From NCBI GenBank assembly GCA_965202585.1, contig OZ241833.1:44330001-44394000 (forward strand): a stretch of 64,000 nucleotides of DNA, read 5' to 3'. The stretch is from Thalia democratica (taxonomy: Eukaryota). The notes below the pieces were generated by a model that worked only from the letters and a program-made list of their open reading frames with translations, had not been told where the DNA came from and did no database searches. Positions 13,301-25,300 of the stretch are shown one piece after another; within the stretch, counting starts at the first letter, position 1; every line of letters starts with the position of its first letter. The translations under genes and the position numbers were made by a program.

Positions 13301-16300
13301 TTTATGAGCGCTAGAGCTGAACTAATAAGAAATGAAGTATTAAAATTTGAGTAATATAATTTTATGTTAAGAGCTTATTTGTGTGAAAATTTTAATATAT
13401 ACCTTTAATGTAATTTTATATCTACTGTAAGTACATTTTTTTAATAAAAATCAAACTAAAAACTCATACTAGACTCCAAAATTTCATTTATTTCTAATTT
13501 TATTCACCTAAAACCTCCTAAAAAAATATTTATATCCTCTTAGTTTAAAAAAATTTAAGTTTTTACAATACTTTCGCGTATCATAATCTTAGTAAAATGA
13601 TATACACTTGTCATAATATTAAATCGTTAGCTTCGATTTTTCAAAATTTCTTTATTGATGACATAGTTATTGTTTTCGGAATTTAACTTTAATCTAAAGC
13701 TGCACAAGTTAAAAAGTAGCTTTTTAACTTAAATTAACTACAACAGAACGGATTCACTGCACTACATGTGGCTTGTAAAAAGGACAGAGTTGAAGTCGTT
13801 GAACTTTTATTGGAAAATAGTGTCGATGTTGAAGCTATTACTGAAGTTAGTAAAAAATTTTTACTCATAAACTTAATTTTGTATACATTGTAATCGATAG
13901 TTGTGAGTTTAAGTTTTTTCTTTTTACGCATTGTAGACCAGAATTTTAATGTAAATGTGCTCATTATATTAAGTATTAAATATTTAGGTTCATTGCTGAA
14001 ATTCTATTTTTACAAACTAGAAATTATTAAAGTTTGTTTATTGTATTAAGTAAAAGCTACATACTGCAAAGTTATGAAAATACTTTTGTTATTAAAAGCA
14101 ACAAAAAATGGTGTTTTGAAACTGTTTTAGTTCTTTAACTTTAAGTATGAAAAAGTCAACGACAATAAGAATCATGTTTTATTGATTAAAAGAAATTTTG
14201 AGACAATACTCGCGACTTCATCAATAATTCAAACGACCTTTTTCTAGAAAACTATTTGTTGAAAGTCTTATACTAATTATTATACTGACGTTGCAGTATT
14301 GAAAAGTTCAAAGTTAGAGATCTTATAATTCTATTCAAAATTTCTAAAATGCGCTGTCAGTACAAAGTATTATTACGTAGTAAAAGTTTAAAAATGTAGG
14401 GTTTTAAATGTTTGGTAAAAAAACTGAAATACTATTAAGTTAATCAGCAGTTTTTACTAACTCACGTTGAACTATGCAATACATAAATATTGCTGTGGTT
14501 GTTTGATTATTATTTTGTAGTTTCCATGTGTTGTTTCTATAGATTTAATTACCATCTTCTGTAAGTATTTTTCATTGGAAAAGAGTTTAAACACAAGTGT
14601 ACACTGTACATACACGCCTTAGCAATTTAACTGTGTTAATAATTTAATTTGTAGAATTTACACAGGAATATACGTAATTAAAATATAGTAAATAAACGGT
14701 GTAATAAACAGAAATATATATGTGTTTTTTTATTTTACAGTCCGGACTAACGCCCCTGCATATCGCCTGCTTCATGGGAAATTTCGAAGTTGTCAGAATT
14801 CTCGTTGAAAAATCAGTAAATCTCAACAGCGTTAATGTGGTCAGTTTGTTTGTTAACATTTGTTTTATAAAACTTGTTTTATTTAATGTAGTGTTTTAGT
14901 TGTTTTTGGTACAAGACCTTAAACTAACTTTAAAAAAAAATTGTTTGAAACAAGAATAACATTTTTACAATACTAAAATTTTTTACTATTCTAATAGTCT
15001 TAAATTATTTTACTCAAAAATTTTTATACTAACATACAAAAACACTTATTGCAGAAAAATTTAATTATTTTACCTTTTTGTTATTACGTATAATTAATCA
15101 TTTAGCTGTACAATTAATAATTATTCTTATTAACTTATCACTTACAGAGATTTGAAACAGGATTTCACATGGCTGTTTTTTACAGTTCAAACTTTTTTAA
15201 TTTTAATCTGTTTGTTATTTGTATCAACATACAAATCAAAATATTTTGTTAGTTAGCTTTACCGTATATACTTACTACAAATAAAATATAAAACTTTCAT
15301 ACTTTAAGTGGCTCACGTTTTGATACTTGAGTCCAGCATTGCACAATACAAAAATAATAGTTATTATCTCACAGAGAGGTGAAACAGCATTACACATGGC
15401 AACTAGGTCAGGAAGATACGACATTGTTGAATATTTGCTACAAAAAGGTGCTTTCCCAGACTCGAGAAAACAGGTGAATTGTTTGTTATTGTAGCTAAAA
15501 TTACAATTTTAGACTTTTTATGTTCCAGCAAATTTTATCTTTAATATTATAAAACATATCTGAATTATTTTTCTGATTTAATTTGAAGTAAGCCGTTACT
15601 TAAGAACTGTACAAAGTAGTTAAACCTAAAAACTAATAATCAAAGCTTTGGAAACTTAAACATTGATTCAAAAGCAAGCTAGTGTTTTTTGAATATTTAA
15701 ATATTATTTCATGGTAAATGAAGTTTATTTTTATCAAAAACTTATCGCTTATTATTTGAAGATTTACGAAGGTTTATATCCAGAGGTGAGGTTTTTGTCG
15801 TCAACTATTATTGTTTTGTAATAATTAATGTCGTAAAAAAACAAAATATTATTGAAACTACTGTTTGTTACAATTAAGTTGAAACTATATGTTTGCTGTT
15901 TTGATTATTGTAAGATTTAATGTTGACAAAATTAATAATGTGAATATTATGAGTTATTGTCTAAAATTTATCATACTTAAAGCTTTTAAAAGTTTTTTTT
16001 AATAACCAAAAACCCTTGTTCTATTGTATGTTGAGATAATTATCTTGTAAGCATTCTCATTACTTGAGATTACATCAGTTTGTTTGTGTTGTATATAAAA
16101 CTTACTTATTTGTTTTAATAAAAAGGAATCCCAAACATGTCTGCACCTTGCATCAAGACTCGCAAAGAAAGAAGTTATCAAACTACTATTAGAGGTGAGT
16201 TTTAAAAATGTTATACAAGCTAAACAAACTGTCTTTTTTTTTAAACTAAAAAAGTATAACAAGGTATAGTAACACCAAGAAGTTTCATAGAAACTAGTTT

Positions 16301-19300
16301 GTAGAAGAGTAAAATAGTGGTTAATTTTGTAAAACTTTAAAAAAGGTTTTAAAAGCTTACTGTATAAATGTTTTTGTTATTGTCTATAAAAGAAGTTTTC
16401 TATTTGTAAAATTGTGTTTAATAATTTGAAAGTAAGTTAGTTCAAAACTAAACAAAAATATACTACCTTACTTCTGAGTGTAATATTGATCGCTTTTTAC
16501 TTTTATGTTAAAAATTCGATTTCGCTTTTATGTAATGACTATTCTAGCTATACAGTAACTACACTATTTACTGTAAAATCTTTTTAGCCATCTGTCACGG
16601 AGATCCTTTACATTACCGAAAAAAAAATAAAAAGATGTACTTTAATTTATGTAGAATCATTAAAATTTCCCTTTGTTTGCTTACAATAAGAAATCATGTT
16701 GTTTTGTTTACTACAAACTCAAGCACTTGTAAGCAAGAGAGTTACCAACCCGTAGTAAACAAATCTAATCTATGTTATCATGTTGATTTCCCTGGGGATT
16801 TTATATCCTTAACATCGAATATTTTTCAAAAACACGTGTATTATTATCTAAAGTAACAATAAGAATAGTAACAACTGAATTTACTGGAATAAAAAAATTG
16901 ACTGAAGATCAAAGGTAACCATCCGTGGTAGAAAATTAGTCATGCTTTTGTCTTTAAATCTTTCAAGCTTTCTATCAATGAAATCACTTCCTTTTTAAGA
17001 ATTAAAAAATAAATACTTTTTTTTATTTATGTAGAGTCATATAAACTAAACAAGATTCTTTTTGTTTACAAAATGTAAAACTTAATACGTCATTTTGTAG
17101 TAGTACATTACTTAACAATATAAAAACATCAGAATTACAAAATCAAGAATCACGCTTTTGTCTTTTTGCAAAATTCCCTAGAGATTATTTTTTTCAAAAA
17201 CGAAGTTTATTCAACTATAAGTTTAGCGGGTAAAGGTGAAACTTTAATTTCATGTACATACAACACATGTAATATTGTTTACAGTAAAGGCAAGCTTACC
17301 AAACTAAGAATCACGTTTTCAATTATTTCTGTCAAGGTTCATTCTCTAAAAGTTTTCAACCAAATACTTTATTCGAATACAAAACTTAGCGATGAAATAA
17401 GAATTAAACTTGATTTTATAATATTCACACAAAACATATAATTTTGTTTACAGTACAAGGCGGACGTGAACGCTGCGATGCATGACGGTCACACTCCGTT
17501 GCACATGGCTTGCAAGGAGAATCACGTGGATGTGTGTCACGTGTTACTTGAAAACGGCGCCAACATACAACTCGCTACTAAGGTGGGTTTTTTATATTGT
17601 AAACTTAATAGTATATAATGTTAAAAAGCCACAATCAGCCTCAGCTTAAGGCGTAGTTTTTCATATTATGCTTTATATCTGTATATATGTATACATTTAT
17701 TTTTAACGAACGACTCAATAACTGAAAGGTATTTTTGAACAATAGGTCTTTAGACCAAACTGTTTCAACGTTATTTTTATCTTTCAATAAACATTAATAA
17801 TATACTGTACATTAAGCATAATATTTTTTCAGTACATACACATAAAACATAAAGCTAATAATGTTTTTTTATCAAAGTTAAACTAAGTTATTTTCGGTTC
17901 AAATAAGTTTATATTATAACTAATAGTGAGTTGATAGCCTCTTTCAGTGACAAAGTTATTTCAAGTAGTACTTAACCTACTTTTATTACGTTTTTTATTA
18001 TCTTCAAAAAAATTTAAGAAATTACAGTTATCAAGTATAGCGGTAAAATTGTTCATAACTTTTATTATTTTCTCTGTTAAATTAGAAACTTTAACAAAAC
18101 TAAGAGTTGTTATTGTTATTTGGTTTTTAAAAGTATTATAAGACAGCATCTTTTCACTTCTACAGAAAGGATTTTCAGCCCTGCATCTGGCTTCCAAATA
18201 CGACAGACATGAAATTGCTAGTTTGTTGCTGAAAAATAAGGCAGACCCAAATATGAGCGGAAAGGTAAGACAAAATTATATATTCTAAGTTGTAATTTAC
18301 TAATTATAACAATATAAAAAAAACTATGATCTGTTGAAATGACTTTATTGTTTTGAAATAGTACATGGTTTAAATAGTAATTTTGTACAAACTTGATGCT
18401 TTCTATTTAGGTATAATTAATATAAAAGAAACTATTTAACTAATATTTCACTGTAATAGAATATAATAAATTTTTATTTAAAATACTCATTTTTTAAATA
18501 CAAATATTTGTCACAGGACGGCCTAACACCCCTACATGTAGCTGCTCACTATGACAATCAAAATGTAGCTCTATTGCTCCTTGAGAATGGTGCTGATCCT
18601 CAAAATGCCGGCAAAGTTTTTTTAGTTTATAATAAAAATACTGTAAAGTTTTATATTTTATTTACTTGGTTTAAGCTACATATACATTGCAGTCACTTGA
18701 TGTGTACAAGTTTTACTTTTATTTAATTGTAATAATTTAATAAATAAGTTTGCGACGCTAGAAATACATTATATTTAAAAATTAAACATGATTAAAGTAG
18801 TTATAAACAACAGCAGGAGCTTAAAGTTTAAAACATTGTTCCACAAATTATTTCTTGTAAAATAAAGTAAAAAATAATAGTTCCAATCTGTTTTTCCAAA
18901 CACAGAACGGATACCTTCCACTGCACATAGCAGCTATGAGAAACCAATCTGAAATGGTTTGTAGTTTGCTGGAGTACAATTCCTCTCCTGATTGCAAGAC
19001 ACGTATGGGAATCACTCCTCTACATCTGAGTGCTAGGTAATTTACTGACAAATTTGGAATTATTTGACAAATACTAATGATTTTAACAAGTTAAGGAGCA
19101 CATGGATGATAGTTTAAGTAAAATTTTAATCAAGAGCAATTATTTTTATTTAAGTATGGACACATTGACGATAAACTTTAAACATTTAAAAATTGTTAAA
19201 TTATTTTAAGAAACGGACATATTGACTATGCTCTTAATTTTTTTTTTAGATTATTTTTTTTGTACTGTTTACTGTTGTTATTATATTTCATTTATCCTTT

Positions 19301-22300
19301 CAGGTACGGACATATTGACGTTTGCTCTTTATTACTGTTGAAGGATGCAGGTGTCAATGCTTCAGCTAAGGTTAGAGTTTGATTGTTAAAATTAAATAAA
19401 CTTAAAAGTTAAATGTTTTACTTCTAAAGCTTTTACTTAAAGAAAATCTTTTGAACAGATAACGCTTAGAAATCTATAAAAGTGCTTAGAAATTAACAAG
19501 ATGGTTAAAAAATCGAGTATTAGAAAATACTGCATCCGTTTATATAAACAAAAAAGTAAAAGAAAAAGTAAATAGAGTTAATGAAAAATTCACACTATTG
19601 GCATATTTTCTCTAAAGCTTTACAGATTCTGACTTAAAATTTAACTGGAAAATATTTATGTTTGTCTGTTTTACTTATGTTCGTCTGACGTGTTTATTTT
19701 ATTTATATTGACGCGTATTGACGTCTGTAATCAACTTGACAGCATTTTTATGCGGATTTAATTTATACAGACAATTTGTTGACCAGTCAATTAGAACGTT
19801 GACAGCAAAACACGTCAGCAAATAAATCAATTAACAGCTCAATCAGCTGATTTAAAAAAAAATTGAAAACATTTTCAAACATGTTTTTTAAATTATACTT
19901 ATCAATAATTAAATAAAATATTAGACCAGTTACGCTCAAAAGTAAAAAACTAATCAAAAAGCACATCATATGTAATTAAACAAAATATTATACTTTTATG
20001 GTTTTCCTTAGAAAATTCAAAATATTTGACCAATTACACTCCCGAGCAGCTGTGATCATCCAGCAGCCATTGTGACGTCACTGCTAAACCATTATGACGT
20101 AACGAGGAAAGTGCAGAGTTAAGTGGCCGCCAAATTAACCTCGCTGAGGCAGTGTCAATTTAAATGTTATTTCGGGAGCAACAATTTTCATTATTATGTC
20201 AATACACAATGTTTAGCCGTAATCTCTTATTTCAAAAGCGTACAATCAATCAGCAAAAGTTTACAGTAGGATATTTACGGTAGAGAAACTTGCTTACTCG
20301 AAAAACTAACTGACAGTATAACTTCATATTATAATTTCAATTCTTTGTGCAGCTTATCAAAATACGCGGATTTCAAAGGTTTTTATGATAAAAGCAATAC
20401 TTTCAGTTCAACTTAAAATTTCTTAAAAAAACTGTTAAACGCGTTGATCATTTCAAGTTTACTTATATGACATAAGTTTGTTTGTGGTATCAATGTTACT
20501 TTAACGCCATTAAGTAAGTTTTTTTTTATTTGCAAAAGTTTTGTAGCGGCCCAATTTTAAAGTTTAACTTTTACTAAAACCTTAACTATTTAACGTAAAG
20601 CTCTGCATTTACTTGCTTATATTTTAAACACACTAGTAATGGTTTTATATACTAACTGCAGGTTCAACTATATATGTTTTCTGTAACTTTAATAATTTTA
20701 CACAAACAGTTCGGACTCACCCCAATGCATCTGGCTGCCCAGGAAGATCGGGTCGCAGTGGCCAAGATTTTGTACGACAACGGGTCATTGATTGATCCCC
20801 TGACGAAATCAGGTTTGAATATTTGAAATATGTTTTCTAAAACTATTAAACGAGTATTGTATGACAAAAAGTCACTAATCGACCGAATGACTAAATCAGG
20901 CTTGATATTTATTAGTTTTTTTTATTTGTTATTATAAATATTTTGTATGACAACGGTTTACTAATTGACCCCTGACTAAATCAAGTGCGAAAAATTTCAA
21001 TAGTTTTAGCTAAATTGATTGAAACTAAAAACTATTCACTTTCTTTACTAACTTTAAAATTATTAAATCTGATTTTAGTTGTGATAGTTTTTTTGACATG
21101 TTGAACTTCTTAAAAAAAGTTTTTAGAATCTATTAAGTTAAAACCTTCAAAGTATATTTGTTTTATATTGCTTCAATTTTAATTATTTCCAGGTTGCACA
21201 CCACTGCATATAGCGGCTCACCACGGAAATGTAAAAGTAGCGGATTTTCTAATTACCTACGGAGCTAAAGTCAACGCTAAAACTAAAGTTAGAACTTGTT
21301 TATCTTTTTTGATTGTTTGAAATGATATTTTAATTATAAAAGATTTCTTATAAAACTTTTCTTGTTGTAAAAGTACCAGTAAAATTCACATAACTAAAAC
21401 AATTTTGAGTGCAGTTTGTTATAGATATAAAAAACCAGTAACAGTTATTTTGTTTATGATTTTAAAAAACACTTCTGTTTACAGACAAGTTAATTAAACT
21501 GAGTATAAAAATTACATAGTTTATTTTAGAAAAACTAGTTGAATAACTTAAAAATAAAATATCTGTTCTAAGTTTTTTATAATTTACAGAACGGTTACAC
21601 GCCCCTCCATCAGGCGGCCCAGCAAGGGCACACCCACGTGGTCAATTTGCTTCTCAAGAACGGGGCTTCCCCAGATGAGCTCACTCATGTCAGTTTGGTT
21701 TAAGTTACAAAGACTTATAGTTGTTTAAAACTTTTATTTTATTGCAATTCAACCTTATATGTAATTAACTATTTTAGACTAGTTTATACAAAGTAAAAAA
21801 TAAAATTTTTGTTTGAAATACTAAATAAAATAGTTTTAAAACTCATTTTGACAGTTTTTTATAAAGTAACACGAAACGAAACTAACTAATAAATTTTTAA
21901 CAGAGCGGGAATACTGCGCTGTCATTGGCCAACAGGCTCGGTTACGTGACTCTGGTGGAGGTTTTGAAGAAAGTCACAACGGAAACAACTACCACTGTTA
22001 GTTTGTTAACATATTTTCTTTATTGTAAATATATATAAAGTAATATTTATTAACATAAAATTATTAAGTACAACTTTTGTCTTGTAATTGAATCAAGTAG
22101 ACAATTTTTCGGAATTTATTTTTTTTTGTTATAGCTATTTTTATCAAAACGAACATGCTTTTCTAACAGTAATTTACTAAAGTTTGACTAGATATATCTT
22201 TAAAAATTATACTCGCATAAATTGTAAGACTCTTTTGTATTTTTAAACAGACCTTGCAGGTATTGTAATGTATTTGTGAAACAATAATTAAAAAAACATT

Positions 22301-25300
22301 TTTGGTTTTTATTTCTACTTAGTTAACTTTTTGCAACACAAAGTAATCCTTTTGTTTGAGCTAAAAAAGTAAAAACAAATAGTTGTTATGTACGTAATAA
22401 AACAAAATAACTTAAGTTCAGACAAAGCTATTGGTATGTATTTATATTTTTTGTTATCAGTCATATGAGAGAACAAAAAAGACCAAAAATAAATTTAAAC
22501 AAAATTTTCATATTACGCTCCTGTCAAAGCTCTTAGAAAATCTCTATGCGGTCGCTTTATAGAAAATAAAAAATAAATTATCGGCCTGACAGCTCTAAAT
22601 AATTCATTGGCAATTTCTGCGCAGTGTCGCTTTGTTCGTTCCGTTATCGAGTTTTTCGTTGCTTAAATTAAAAGCAGGGTTTGAAGGCAATTTTGATAAA
22701 AATTTGAAACAGCTGTGGTGATAGTAGTTTTAGATTGCGCGCATTTGAAAAGTGTGATGAATTATTCAGTTCAAATTATAAATTTTAGGTATGCTTATAT
22801 TTCAGGAGCCAATTTTTAAATACAAACTGTTTTATTTATTTAATTTTTGCAAACTACCTTGTTATGCCCATTTTTATATGTTGCAATCTATTTTACTAAC
22901 TTGTTTATCTAAGTGTTTTTGTTTTATCTAAACACCATAAAAAATTAAAAAAGTGTTACAACTTACAGTATTTAATAATTAAGATCACATTTCAAATCTG
23001 TACAAAAGTTAAAGTACAACTAGCTGTAAAAATCTTATTTCCTTATGTTATCACGATGATAAAACACAAATTTTTTCAGCGCTTCCGTATTCAAAATAGG
23101 AAAAAGTCATAAGATGAGTTTAATCCGCTTAGTTCACAAAAGCAGTTTATTTAAGAACGCTTTAAAAATTTAAGCCGAGTTTATATTGAGATTTTCAATT
23201 AACTTATCTCTTTCAGCCGTTTGAAGAGACGACTTCTTTGTCGCGTTTTTTCTTTTGTCTTCGGCTAAATACCTTGTGACAGTCATTTAGTTTAAGTTGT
23301 TAGGTGTTCAGCAGACAGTATTTTTAGTTTACGCTTGGTGTTTAAGTTTGGTAGGTTTATATAGTTATTTTTTATGATCAAGTAAAAGTTACACTCGATA
23401 ATAGTTATTATCATATATGTACTAGGATTAATTTTACTTTTAAACAGTTTTGGTATTAAAGTTATAGATTTTATATAATTAACTTATCATAAAAAAAGTT
23501 TGTATAATTTTACTTTGTTATTGAAGTAAACTATGTTTAAAAAACAAATCCTTAATAATATCAACTATGAAAGAATATTGTATTATGCTTGGTTTTTGTA
23601 GACAAAAAATGATCTTATACTTTATTGTTCATGTAGTACGAGACTGAATGTCTAGTCAGCAAACACAACTTGATAACATGCTTGTGTATTTATACATGAT
23701 TATGTTTATGTTTATGTTTTTATTTTTGTATAGGTGATAGAAGAAAAAAAGAAGTTATTTGTTCCTGAAACAATTGGTGAAGTTTTTATGTCGGATGCAT
23801 CTGACGACGAAGGTAGTGTTTTTTTTTATTTTTTATTGTCTATTTAGTTTGTGTTTATGATAACTATTGCTTATTATATTTTTCATTGTTATATTATTTA
23901 TATAATTTTGAAGCTTTTTGTTAATTTATTTTGTCGTAAACGCACTGAAAGTTAGTGTACTTTAAAACTAATTTAAATAACCAAAGTTGAATTAAATTAA
24001 AAACTAAAATCTGTTGTTTTACTATTTAACTATTTAATGTTGTTTATTATTTTTTTTAGTAAGCATGTCAAAGAGTTCATGATAAAAAATGTAGAGTTTT
24101 ATTATAAATAAAAGATTAAGCTTTTATTTAGTTTAAGCTTAAAGCTCTAGTAATACTTTAGCACAAAGAAGTTGTTTTTATAGTAGTTTTTTAAACGCTT
24201 CTCCTTTGTTATACACACAAGCTAGTTGTTATAAAATTTCATGTCAATGAATATCAGTGTTTTAAAACTCAAAAACAAAGGCATATTTTTATTAACCCAA
24301 ATAAAATATTTTCTAGTGATTAAAACACATATAGTTAGAAAATTCTATGCTTATAGCAACCGACAAGAACACAAGTTTTACAACTACATAAGTAGAAGCA
24401 GAGTTTATAAAATACAAGTTCAAGCAGAACATGATTGAGCAAATAAGCTTTAGTTATTAAACAAAAACAACATATGCTGGTACTGCATAATTTTTTGATA
24501 AATAAAACTAGTATCGAAATATTTTCTTACACATCTCATTTAGTTTTTTAAAAGCTTTTTAATTTGTTTTTTAATTTAAGAAAACCAATAACAAAAGTTT
24601 GCAAACTTACTTTTAATATACTTTTTGTTTTTTTTACTACTTTTAATAAATCAAACGTAAGTCCTCGCGGTTTTTAATAACTACTTAACATAAACAAAAT
24701 TTGTTTGCTTTCCTTTTTTCTAAAACTCAATACTATTTATATAAACTCTTATATTATAAAAATTTGAAACTTATTGTTAAAATTCATGTTATCATGTTAT
24801 CTAAACAAACTTTTTGTTTTTGTGATGTAATTTTGTGATTTGGTTTTATATCATTTAAAACTATAAAAACTAACCAGAGCAAGTTATGTAGAACATATAA
24901 ATAAACAATTATGTATTAAATGTTGGTATTTTCGAAACATAAAAGTTAATTAATATTTGGTAACTTTTGAACTTTTTATTGATAATAAAAAGTTAATTAT
25001 GTTAACCCACTTTTTAACTAGCTCATACCTTTCTTAGAAAATTTGAACTTTTAAATTTGATTGATTTAAATTACCAGTGCTGCAGGTCATCTTTGTAAAT
25101 ATAGAAGTATGTAGCATTATGACGTAATAATGTTGCGCATAGCAACATGTCGTTATGCGGCATTTCTCAACAAGTTCAATAAACTCAGAATGTCGTGTTT
25201 ATATTTGATCATTGCTGCTAAAAGACTATAACTTGTAGGTATTAGCAATTTTGAAATTTTTTTGATGGTTCTTTAGTTTTTTGTCAGTTTTATGCTTGGA

